From: Lama guanicoe
Lineage: Eukaryota
Reading direction: 5' to 3'
Assembly (NCBI GenBank): GCA_013239625.1
Contig: MU057352.1
Span: 27,172,764-27,236,763 of the forward strand
DNA length: 64,000 nucleotides
Positions 52,301-64,000 of the stretch are shown here, piece after piece (position 1 is the stretch's first letter; each line of letters opens with the position of its first letter). The position numbers were made by a program, and so were the translations under genes. The notes below the pieces were generated by a model. It was not told where the DNA came from, ran no database searches, and saw only the letters and a list, made by a program, of their open reading frames with translations.

Positions 52301-54459
52301 CATCTTCAAACTTCACCTCACCTTCAGTTAACCTAAGAGATCTTGGAGCTGGGAGGGAAATACTAGCATTGTTAATTGGAAAGAGACTGCGGGGATATTA
52401 CCCGATATGGAGAAGGCACTCTGAAATCTCTAGCTGCTGCCCCCGGAACTTGTCCAGCTGCTGAAATCTGGAAGCAAATGAGGGACAGTCTTCAAGGAGG
52501 GACAGTCTCTTTCATCCACTGAATTAACCTACATCAACTTATTTCTCACTAAATTCCAAGCTGCCATGCAGAAGCTCTAATTAACACTCAGAAGCAAGGA
52601 TGCATCCAGTGGGAATGTTTCAAGAGCATGTGAACATCCGCTTGTCCTCCAAACCCATTCCTAATACTAATTAGCCCCACAGGTTCTCCAAGGGGCTTGT
52701 GCACTCATTTAGAACCAGTGATGAGCTGTCTCTCCTCCCTAGCCTTGGAGATCAAGGACACGCATCTCTTCTTCTCCATTATTAGTGTCTTGTCTATGGC
52801 CAAAGCGGACCATGGAATTATCAATAGCTCCCCATGGCCCGAAAGACCAAGTCCAAGCCCTTCACAAAGTGACTCTGCCCAGTGTACTCCCCCACGTTCA
52901 AGTCTGACATGATGGAGTTAAGTTCTGGGACAATGAGGCCCTACATGAGGTGGACACAATCACAGTTCAAGAAGGGTCATTGATCACCTGCCCTACGACA
53001 CTAACCTCAGTGGAAATGCACCTGGTGGAAGCTGTGTGCACAGAGATAGAGGACTTCACAGGAGTGTGGGGCTGGCAGAAATGCCTGATATTAAAACAAA
53101 TTCTGTGTCTATTTCCCCCTGATGTCACTGAAAGGTGACTTATAATAACAAGAGAAGCGTTTTCCCTGTTGTCTCAGAATCTGGATGAAACCCCAGAGCT
53201 GAGGAAAACGATGGTCAGGACCCTCGAATTCTAAACAGAAGTACAGCTCCCCTCCATGACCTGGCGACTCATGCAGAAGGGTCAACAGGATGAGGGTTTT
53301 GGAGATAAGAGGTCAAGAGAGTTGGGTTCCAAGAGAACACTCTGCGGGGACCAGGGAGAGGAGCATGTAGGAAGAGGAGGGAGGCAGCTTACCATCTGGA
53401 CAGATGCTTGTGAAACCCTGTAAGGACAGCTGCTAGAGCAGGAAGACCAAGAGGATCTGCGACGTGTCCCCAGCTGACACAGCCTCTCACCTGGAGAAGG
53501 TAGAAGACAGACTGAAGCGGTGAGGAGGAGAGAGGAGGTGTTGGGTCAGCTGCGCAAGGCAAGGACAGATGGATTTCCCTGGGGGAAGTCACAGGACTGT
53601 AACAGCCCATTCCAGAGTCACCTGGGAGGTGCGTGGAACCCAGAGGAATGTGGCTGCAGGGGTCTGTCTGGGACGGGAGCTGAAGGCATGATTGGGTACA
53701 GGCGTGCTTACAAGGGTCTCTACCGAACCAGTTCAGGAGTCGGCACTGGATGCCTGGAGGGCAGAGGGACACATGCAGCATCAGCTAAGTGTAAAGACTT
53801 CTGCTTCTCTGTCCATCTTCTGTCCTCTTGACTGTTGATCCTGGAGGGTCCAGGAGCAGCAGAGAGAGTCGGGGGCATAGCCTGGAGAGTTCAAGAACTC
53901 ACTGGTTCTGTTTTCTTACTACTGGATCCCAAGTCAGGGGGCGACCCTGACTGATTGGATTGGTGTGGGATGGAAGTTGAAATACTCTGGGTCCCTAATT
54001 ATTCCAGAAAGTGACCTTAAAGCATATGGTTCTATCTGAGGTATCATTTGGGGGTGGGGAAGGGAGAGATGACAAACTGTCTGAGGCAGGCTGTTTTGTA
54101 ATTGTACCCTACCAAATTTAGCCGTTCAATAGAGTAATTACCAAAAAAAAAAAAAAAAGAAAGAAAGAAAAAGTGATGATCATAAAAGCATCCTCCCAGA
54201 GCAATTTTGCTGTTTGCTTCCAGTTTTAGACTCTGAGATATGCAATCTTCTAGAGTATTTCTGTTAAAACATGCATCATTTTGCAAAGTGTGTGTTTTTT
54301 ACTCTTTCCTGAACCATGACTTAGGCGCTCACTGTTGTAATTGACTGCATTAGGCATTGGGGATGCGGAGGTGAGAGCAGCAGTGTCTGTCCCACTGAAC
54401 TCAGATTGGCTCGAGAGACCTACAATCCAATGGAGGCAGGAGCACCTGGACACCTGTAA

Positions 54460-55010
54460 GGGCAGAGTGCTTTTGAGTCTCAGAAGACAGGTCCTGAACC
54501 AAAAGTAGGGTGGGCAGAGGAGGCTTTCTGAAAGAGTGGGTTCCTAAGCTGATTCCTCTTCAACAAGGAGGAATTATCAGGGAAGAGAGCAGAGCACAGG
54601 CATAGACTTGGAGGTGCAGAGGCCAGGAAGGTTTGGGAGAAGTACACCACATGGCTGGAATGGAATACGTAGGGAAAAGAAATGAGAAGGCGCAGGAATG
54701 ATGAGATGGGGCAGACTCCATGGCTTCCCTTAGGCCTTGCTCAAGACTTGCTTCTTGTGAAGGTAGATTAGTCCTTTCTATCATAGACAGAAAGATAAAG
54801 GTGCTTGGCGTGCTCAGATGGCGTGGCTGAAAGAACACAGCAGCAACAGCTTGGAGAACGAAGCGGGGGCTGGGGAGGAGAGCAATGATGCTAATTCTAG
54901 AGTCTGGAAAAAAGATGGGCTGCAGCTGCGTTAATCTGGAAGGGAGAATGGGCCTGAGCCAAGGAGGTGGTAATGGGCACGGAACAGATGAGGTTCAGAA
55001 GCAGGCGTTA
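54460..55010 (-). mobile_element. Degenerate L2 fragment
   Basis: GGAGGCTTTCTGAAAGAG...CTAAGCTGA...GGCATAGACTTGGAGGTG...GGCCTGAGCCAAGGAGGTGGTAATGG. Confidence 0.6.
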
Positions 55011-57439
55011 CTCATCCCATTTGCAGAGGGGAACGTGATTTTCAGAGAGAACAGGAAATTATCCGTGGTCCCCAATTAAATTAGATCATTTCATTCTTCT
55101 TATTTTTGTGGTCTTTGGAGAGGAGGAGGAGGTAAAAAGGGGCCAAAGAGGCAGAAGAGAATAAATCTGGAAGGACAATGGAAATACAATTTCATGAAGA
55201 TAAGCACGGATTCATCAGTGAATTCACACATTTGCTGAGAACCATCTTTGCATGTAATAATGAAAGTGGGGAGATCCATGCATGGAAAATCGGATCCAGT
55301 CTTTGTCTCTCCATCAATGATCCAACCTTTCCAATTCTTTAAGATGTGACTATTCCTTTCATGTTGTCAGATTTCCATCCTAACAAGCAGCAGCAATACG
55401 GTCCGTGCAGTGTTAATGTAAACGCGTTTCCCTGCTTAGATAGCGCGTCCCTTTCCCCTGACGGCCTTCAAATGATCCTGAATTGTAAAAGCTTCGTGAT
55501 ATTCCCCTGACCCCAGAAATGCATCTTTCCCCCCCATTGAGAGTTAGATATTTGGAAATGAGCTTCAGGAGCAGCAAGCTGGGTGTCACGAGGGGAGATC
55601 GCTGTTCATTTTGGTAGTCGTTACTCTGTAATCTGAGTACACTCACACTTGTAAGTGGCATCATAAAAAAGCCTCTGGAGAGAGAGAAGCCCCAAATATT
55701 TAATAGCTATAATGGTCCTGGATAAAAATAATGAGCTTCAAAAAAACAACTCTTTAGTTTAAAAAATATGTTTTTCCTTAAATGGTAAAATCCATTAGAA
55801 ATAAATGGAAAGGCGCTCACATTCGATGCACACCTTTTATGGGATAGATGCATTGCATAGATAATTCTCAAAATGATTCTCAAAATAAGATGCTAAGGTA
55901 GATTATATTGCTCCCATTTTAAAGAGGGGTAAATTTAAACTTAAGAGATTTTAGTGACGTGCCCAGGGGCCAAGAGGTTGTTTCTCTGCAGTAAGTGCTC
56001 TTTCATGACACTGGACTCTGATTCCAGACCAGGGCCATTATGCTGACATGGCAGGTGGTTGCTTTATGGGTTTAGCTGCAGTGGAGAAATTTAGGTTGGA
56101 TGCAAGGAAGAACTCCTTGATTATCAAATGGCGGAATGTATGGTTAAATTACAGATGACTTTTACTTATTATTTTAATTTTGACTATAGGGATTTGCCAG
56201 AGCCATTTCCTTGCAAAATGGTTTGTACCATTATGTACATTGTGGTACCAGTGCAGCTCTGTCATTATAATAATTACTAATTATGTGCTAGGCATTGTCA
56301 TATTAGATGTTTTCAAAGAGGAGCTCTTTCTGTTCTTGCAATCTCTTTGGAGTAGGTATTAAAATTTCCATTTACATAATGAAGATGCTGAATCTCAGAG
56401 ACACCGATAGATTTACTCAAGTTTATATCAGCTGAATACAACTTTCTGCCCTGAGAACGTGTGCTCTTTGTGGTGTCAGGAAGGTGTGAATATGCACTCT
56501 TCTCCCATGATGACAGGAGGGTGAATGGTGCGGACGCATCAGTTGTCCATCAAGCCTCTGTTTTCGAAAAGCAGTATGGTGGCAGTTCCATGACGGTCTC
56601 CAAATAATAAAACAATATATGAAGATTAGATTGTGACCTACTTACCAGGGCAGAACCGGGGTGAGATAATGGTGTTTGGAGTGAAATTCAAGGAAGCAAC
56701 TCCTTCTGACTTTTGTGTACCCCTAAATGATGCTTGCAGACTTCTCACAGGGAGATGCCCTTTACTTCCGCAGGTCAGAAAGGGCCTCCGCACCCCTTGG
56801 TGCTGACCCGAAGTAGGTGCTTAACAGACGCCTCCCTCCCCACCAGTCCTATCAAGTCCAAGTAGATATGACTCTTCTTCTAGGTCCTTAAGGCCACTGA
56901 CTTGCTTCAGTCTCATCTCTCTGCTCCCTGATTCTCTACCTGCAGGATCTCTCCACTGAAACTGGCCTTCCATTTTGCTGCTAGTCTAACTTTTTAATTT
57001 TAAAAAATAATCTATTTTTCAGTTTCTTATTCCATAAATGCATACTCATTCTAGGAAAGCTGAAAGATGCAAAAAGAAATCATCCCAGAGAAAAACAAAA
57101 ATTAAATTTTGGGCAATTTTTCCCCATTTTTTGTGATGTGAACATCTTTATGATAGCTGGAATTAAATATCACTTGTTACTAGCATGGGAGGGCCACTGA
57201 AACCCAAAGAGGTACAACATCAAAGGAAAGGGCCAAATGGAGAGACTAAGTTGTCTTTCCCACCTCCCTACCCAGAGGGAATCAGGACTTCCAACAACAA
57301 AGTCAAATGTTTCCCAACATGTCCAGGATTCCAGAGAACCCCTAAGACTTAAAGACTACTAAAGTCTACAAAAGGCTACAATTTTTCAAAATATTTTCTT
57401 GAATTCATCTATGCAAGAAAATTATACTCTAATAGAACG

Positions 57440-57732
57440 GTTAGCCATGTGCTTTGGCCAATAAAATAAAAGTGAAAGTAATATGCACAGATTCTAGTGA
57501 ATGTTTTCAGGTGTTTATCTCTCTTTTCTTTCTGTCATGAGTCAGGTCTGTCTTGGATAGGGGCTGTTCCTTAATCTTGGGATGAATAGGTATGGAGTAG
57601 AGATAAGCCCTACTCATAGCTTGAGATGAACATGGTTGTAAGGAAGAAAAAAACCTTTGCTTTTGTAATCCACCACGATTTGGGGGGGGGGTGCCATTTG
57701 TTACTGCAGCATAAACCTATACTGACTAATAC
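57440..57732 (+). mobile_element. Old MaLR LTR (MLT1H/I-like)
   Basis: GCCATGTGCTTTGGCCAATAAAAT...AAACCTTTGCTTTTGTAA...TTTGTTACTGCAGCATAAACC...CTGACTAATACA end. Confidence 0.7.
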
Positions 57733-59519
57733 ACCTTTTGTGTAATGCGAAACAGACACATATACACACCCAGGGCAGATCTAAAAGCTGAAGATCAGGA
57801 AAACCATAATAAAACATTCAAATTATGAAGTTTAAGGACACGTGGCTGTTGTGGGGAAGCAAGCGCAGAACATGCTAAAAAAGAGCATGAGATACACTAT
57901 TGACAATGGAGCCATGATTTGCCTAGTGCTTCCTGTGTGCCAGTAGCTCTGCTGAGTCAGATTCCCTCAGGTTCTAGAAGGCAGATGCCCATTATTAGGT
58001 ACACATTAAAAATCAGGACATTGTGGGCAGGGCGGTTAGTAACTTGCTCACTCACATAGCTTGCACACACTAGAGCTATAATTCATACATGTGTCTCTCA
58101 CATCAGCATCTGCCCACTCTAACTCATACAAGTGGATTCCTGGCCAGCTACGTGCAGGGTTGCTGATCTAAAGGTAGCTCCTGGCGTGGACAGCCGGGAG
58201 AGGGAGATGGTAGTGGTAAGATTTGTTAGAGCAAATCACTCTCCAGCAGACCCAGGAAGCACTGGTCTTCCCTTTGTCATTCTTAGGGAAGGCCCTGGAA
58301 GGAAAGTTTGATGGGTTTGTCACAGTTACCAAAGTATAGATATAAAATTTGAAGTGACAGAAGAATGTACAGAAATTTAAATTATATCCACTCATATTCT
58401 CAAGATTTTTTTCCTGATTGAAAAATTAAAGTAAATCCTATTAATTATAATTAGTTGGAGAGCAAGTGAGAGGAATCTTGGTGGCACCAGTTTATGCAAG
58501 AGGGAGAACTACTGGGATGAGACGGGGTCGTTCCCAGAAGCAGGAGAGGGGAATATGGCGCCACCCAGGAATGTGGGAGTCTGATCACAGGGGCTCTTTC
58601 TAGCCTGTTCTTGGCTCCATTTCTCTCTGGAAAACAGTCCTCTCTTCCCTGTCTCAGCCTTGTCCAGTTGCCATCAACTCTCAAGACTCCACATCTTACG
58701 TTCCAGCCACTTGGAGAGAGACAGCTTAGTTTCATTTCCAAAATTCTGGGAAACAACTGTGATCTGGTGCATTTTATTCAAGGGTCCACATCGAAGCCTG
58801 GGGCGGGGTCCTGTTTCATACACACAGCAGTTCTGGATCATGAGGTGGAAGGTTCCAGAAGAAGTACCAAAGGCAGGGCGGGCAATCCCATAAAGCTTCA
58901 ATACACATGTGCCCCAGAGAATATGTGGACAAGACAAAAGGCGGTAAGAACAGATGTAGAGACGGCAGACAGGCCTGCCTCCCAGAGGGAACCAGTTGGA
59001 ATATCGCGGTACATTTCTTTATTGCATTTTCCATGTGCTACTACATGTTTGAGACTGTATCACACATACTAAGCACAGGTAAATTCTAGGTCTTGGGTGG
59101 GAGATGCTATGAAGACAAATTTACTGTCAGATGATATTCAGCACCGAGTTTTTTTTCACTGAAAACCAAACCCAAAGCAAAACACAAAACTTCCAGACAT
59201 TGCATATGAATTTAAAAATCGCAGTGCACTACACACCCAACAGGAATCTGGGTTCATTGTGATGAGGGGCACAAAACTTGGGGCCTCCCTATGAGCACAA
59301 GCCCTACATGTGTCCCCCTGCACCTCCACGTGGCTGCTGGGCAGGACCAGTGGGACAGGGTGCAATATTGGAAGAAAAGCCACAGTATTTAGTAGGGGAA
59401 TTTGCCACCTAAAGCCTGTCCGGTCCATGCGTGGCTGGGCCATGAGTGGTCTTGTAGACATGAAGTCTCTGAATCTCTTTTCAAGGGAAAAAAGAGATTC
59501 CATATGCCAATCTGGAGTA

Positions 59520-59775
59520 CAGAAGTTTTTTAGAGCAGTGAAAATATTTCGTATGACATTATAATGATGGATATCTGTCATTATACTTTTGTCCAAATTA
59601 AGGTGAGCTGTGGATTTCGGTGATTATGATGCGTCAAAGTATGTTCATCCTTAATTAAAAAAAAAAAAGTACCACTTTGGTAAATATGTGTGGAGACGGA
59701 GTATGTGGGGGAATTTCTGTACCTTCCTGTCAATTTTGTTGTAAACCTAAAACTGTTAAGAAAAGTCTTAAAAAC
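59520..59775 (+). mobile_element. Old L1 3' end (L1MC-like)
   Basis: TTTTTAGAGCAGTGAAAAT...TCTGTACCTTCCTGTCAATTTTGTTGTAAACCTAAAACTG; reverse-complement homology to 49650-49960. Confidence 0.8.
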
Positions 59776-59830
59776 AAGAGAAGTCAGGGTAGACATTTTT
59801 GGCAAAAGTTTGGTTTCAATTATATACACA

Positions 59831-59852
59831 TGTGTGTGTGTGTGTGTGTGTG
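59831..59852. repeat. (TG)11 microsatellite
   Basis: Directly visible. Confidence 0.9.
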
Positions 59853-60523
59853 TTGGATTGTGATGAAAAATTTATTCTTAGGTCAAAAAAGTTTGCAAGC
59901 CACTGTACTTAAGTTACACTGGCAAATAAAAGCAAAAGTTAACCTAAAAAAGTTGTAGTCCATATACTTATATAAAGGGATCTCTAATACCAGAAACTTA
60001 TCCTGCCACCACGCTCATTAGCTCTGTTGACCCTTGAATAAAACCCAGACTCGTTGACGCGGTAAATGTAGCGTAATGTGCCCTTGTCCTTTTGACCTGT
60101 TTCCATCTGCAACCCTAGGCAGATTCATCTGACTGAAGCTAGTTGATTCATCTAGTTACTTCCTCTCTCATTACAATTTTACCGTGATAGGTGCTGGAGG
60201 TACGGAAATGAGTAAGTCCCCTCGTTTTCGCCCTGGGAGCTCACAGCCTCGCAGGGGAGGGGAATGAGTAATCGGGAAATACCTAATGGGTAGTAAATGC
60301 TGCAGTAAAAGTGCCTCCCCTGGGGCACCGGGGGGCGGGGAGACTTAAGACTTGCAGGGTTGACAGGACAGCAGTGGGACAGGACGGGCCTGTTGTAACA
60401 CGACTTGACTCGCAGAGCAAAGAGCCGCTAAACCTCAGCCTCTTCCTGTTCCAACTTTTCTAGGAAATCAGCACCTAGAACTTTCTGCCAACCCCATGGT
60501 AGCTGGACTCTGTCCAATGTTTT

Positions 60524-60705
60524 TTTAATAGCATGGGGAGGAGGTGATTTTAAAAATTTTACTTATTTTTTTTGACTTTTTTGCAGGGGAAGGTAATTAG
60601 GTTTATTTATTTTAATATATTATTTAATGAGGTCCTGGGGATTGAACCAGGACCTCGTGCATGGTAAGCACACACTCTACCACTGAGCTATACCCGCCCC
60701 TCTCC
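60524..60705 (-). mobile_element. tRNA-derived SINE (Vic-1-like) with extended tail
   Basis: TGGGGATTGAACCAGGACCTCGTGCATG...CTCTACCACTGAGCTATAC core; degenerate TSD TGTCCAATGTTTT / TGTCCATTGCTTT. Confidence 0.85.
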
Positions 60706-61538
60706 TCCTCTTTGTTGTCCATTGCTTTAGCTTACTCCAGTTCCTAAGAGAGGAAGAGGCATGGAAGAAGGAGTTAGTGCCTTCGCCCCATGGGCACTCC
60801 GTCCCCCTGCCCTCTTGTGCCTGTTCCGGCTGGCACCGCCCCCGGTTGCTGGTTGGCATCCCCCTCTCCATTTCCTCCAGCCCCATCCACTCCATTTCCA
60901 ATGCCCCTAACATCACCAGGTGGAAGAAATCAGGCCTGCCTGCAACGCATCTGGGCCATTATGCCAGACATGCCAGAAATTGACATGTCGCTTTAACGGC
61001 TGTTGAGTTTCCTTCTGCGTATGTAATTACTAGAGAAAAAGGATCTTTTTCCTTTTGGGTCCATTGCGTATTTAATAATGGAGCCATGATAAGAAAATGT
61101 GTCTAGTCAGTGAAATTAATTACGGAAAGCACTTAAAGCCTCTGCCAGAGTGTCTGCGCCCAGGTCGTTCTGATGGCAGCAGAGAAAAGAGACGGGGACT
61201 CGGGCTCAGGTCGGGAGTGAGGCAGGCCCCTGGACCCTGGGGTCAGACAGAAGTGTGTGTGTGCAGGGGTGTGCGTGCATACGTGCGTTTGTGCGTGAAC
61301 TGGACTTGGCATCAAAGTTGTTCGGAATTCACTAGGATGTCACTACCTGGAGACAGTATTTGGAAAGAGAACGTGGTGACAGCAGACCTTCGGCCCTTGT
61401 AAGTCAGACTGTTTATTTTCTGTTTCCCCCCTTAGTTCCTGGTTACGCTGTCCCAGCAGCGCTTGAGGGAAGCACAGGCGGGGCTCCCAGTCTTCCCCTG
61501 AGGCCAGCAGGTGGGCAGCGAAGCTACGGCAGAGGGGA

Positions 61539-61965
61539 TGTCTCACAGTTTCCAACGGCTGCTATAACAAGTTACCACAAATTTAGTGGCTTAAAAGGCA
61601 CACATTTATTCTTTTATGCTTCTAGAGGTGAAAAATCTAAAATCAAAGTGTCAGCAGGGCTGTGTTCCTCCTGGAGGCTCCGGAGGAAAATCCATTTTCT
61701 TCCTTTTCCATCCTCTGGAGGTGACCTGCCTTCCCTGGCTCATAATCCCATGGCTCTGACCGCTGTCAGCCTGCCTCCTCTGACTCAGAGCCTCCTGTCT
61801 CTCTTGTGAGGACCCTGCGATGATACTGGGCTCACCTGGGTAATTTAAGTTAATGTCTCCATCTCAAGACCCTTCAAAGTAACTTTCGCCACATAGACTG
61901 ACCTATTCTCAGTTTCTGGGGATTAGGACAAAGACATCCTTGGAGGGGCCTGGGCTCAGCCAGCC
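61539..61965 (-). mobile_element. MaLR solo LTR (MLT1D-like)
   Basis: GCTGCTATAACAAGTTACCACAAATTTAGTGGCTTAAA...AAAATCAAAGTGTCAGCAGGGCTGTGTTCC...GGGGATTAGGAC. Confidence 0.85.
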
Positions 61966-64000
61966 AGGGAGGGTCATTTCCACATATTCCAGAGAGCCCC
62001 AGGGAAGAGATCGGCTCAGCGAGGCTGGCCGGGAGGACCTTCTCTCAGTTCAAAAGCTCAGAGGTTCCTGACTGATCTGCGCTAACGGAGACGGCATTTC
62101 CTGACATCCCACCATCCATCCCCAGCCCCCTGTCTCTGGGGACAGGTCTCAGGAGCCAGGCCTCTTTGACTGCACACACCTGGGTGGGGCCTGCCCAGGC
62201 CCCAGGAGAAACCCTCGGAAAGCTCCAACTTGGAACCCTGTTACTGGCTTCTCTGACACTTCACCCCCACCTGGCCCTCGGTGGGTCCCCATTTATTTGT
62301 ATGTTTATTCAATGAATATTTGTTAGGTATCTGTTCTGGACCAGACTCTATTCTGGGCACTGGGGATACATCAGTAGCAAATTAGATGAGTAATAAATGT
62401 CTGTGCAGTGAGTGACATATTGGTGACAGGCAACATTAAGCTCTTCATTCCCCATCACCTCCTGCAAACTGGGGTCACCGAGACTTTTCCATGCAAACCC
62501 AGCTCCCTCCCTTCCAGCCTGTCCATCCTCCAAAGAGCCAGCAGAGAACTCCTTCTAGACCACAGTCCAGCCCCACCAGGCCTTGCTTCACGTGGCTCCC
62601 TACGGAGGAGGAGCCAGAGTCCGCATTCCCACACGTGCCACTCAAGGTCAATCTCTGCATCCCTCGCGTTGGTCTCCTCGGTCCCGGCTCTTCCCTCTAC
62701 ATTCCTGGGGCCCCTCGGATGTGTCCCTCTTCCTGCAGCAGCACCAGGACTCCTAATCGCTGATCTGTGAGGAGGGCTCCCGGATGCACAGTGGCGTCTT
62801 TGCTGACTTCTGGTGGCAGATTTCTATCTCCAAGCCACCGGGCTGCGGGAAGTGTGACTGACGCACGTGTTAGGGTCCTGGAACTGCGTCACGGGCTGAG
62901 TGTGCTGATGAGAAGTAGCTGATACAGTGGGGGCTGGAGGTGGCAGGACCTAATACATGGACCAGATGCCACCACCCTGGTGTGACCACACCAGCCACTT
63001 CACCTGGGAAAAGGCACCAATGATTGTCACATGGAGTGAACGTCAGGCACATTGGATCTACCACTTTTCCACCTGTTGGACATAAAGGCTCTGTTTCTTG
63101 GCTCTCTGCAACTGAAACTTAATAAGGTTAACGCCAACAGGGATGTGTGGGGCTAATATGTACACAGTCTTTGACACGTGGGAGACGCTCTATAAAAAGG
63201 AATTGTTACTGTGTAATTGTGTGCGTTGGTTCCATTGGAGTTTTGCATTCTGCCATTTGAGCCTCTCCAAGCACCTGACCCTTCAAGACAGTCCTCACGC
63301 CTCCTCACAGGGCCTGCCAGGGGTCCAGCAGACACAGCAGAAGCCACTCTGGTTGTCTGTGTCTGAACTAACAAGGCAAGGCAGCCTGGGTCTGAGTTAG
63401 GACTAGTTTGATGTGTGTTTGTCTTGTTGTAGTTTGTAAACTCTGAGTGAAGGGATGCATTTTCGCCCCAGGCTGCATCTAACCCAACACAGGGTACCCA
63501 GAATTCGCCCTATTGGTGCTCATTAAGTACACACATTCACTCTCAAGATCCACTTGGATCTGAAGTCAGCTAGCATCCTCGGTGCCCCTCCAGGGCTCCA
63601 GGCTCGCCGGTGGGCTTTGCAGGGCACCTAGGTTTAATGGTCGTGACCACCCACGGGTCAGACATTATTATCATCCTCTGACGGAGGAAATGATGGAGGC
63701 TGGGAGATACGTTCCTTCCTCCAGGGCACGCACTCCGGGGATGAGGGGGCAGAGAGAGAGAGAGGAGGACCAACACCGGGTGTGGGGAGAGGGCGGCTGG
63801 GAAGCGCTGGGTACAGACCCTTCCGCAGCCTGGGTCTAGAAGTCAAAGACACGCTGACGGCAGGGACTGGAGCCAGAGGAGCGTGTTTTCTGTGTGGGGA
63901 TGACCTGGGTCTCTTTACCTCTTAACCGAATAACGTGCATTTGTTTCCTCACCCCGGTGATCACGATTTTCATTTCTTCTTTGAAAATGCTTCTGGAGCA

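Noticed and set aside
49650-59775. Inverted homology between 49650-49960 and 59520-59775 as ends of one large element
   Set aside because: Both are independent, diverged L1MC-type 3' ends in opposite orientation, not terminal inverted repeats.

Overview
Mammalian genomic DNA, most likely camelid: it carries five tRNA-derived SINEs resembling the camelid Vic-1 family plus cetartiodactyl-type L1 3' ends. I recognise no protein-coding exon, and nearly all listed ORFs look like chance or GC-driven open frames. The main functional feature is a ~3 kb CpG island (~13.8-16.9 kb). It appears to be the promoter and 5' end of a minus-strand gene, with two good splice donors (after 16239 and 15826) and a strong CTCF site at its left edge. 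On that reading 1-15.8 kb is first intron and 17-64 kb is upstream or intergenic DNA. I cannot identify the gene. The rest is rich in old repeats (MIR, L2, MaLR/ERVL/ERV1 solo LTRs, hAT MITEs, L1MC ends) and microsatellites. Repeat family names come from recalled consensus similarity and need Dfam/RepeatMasker confirmation; boundaries of old repeats are approximate. I see no evidence of a new multi-gene system. The best leads are small: a TSD-bounded L1-SINE composite that may have moved as a unit, a 30-bp templated duplication 1.35 kb apart, an RGG-rich ORF in the putative first exon, gene-sense LTRs with promoter and donor motifs, and a STAT/NF-kB/C/EBP motif cluster.
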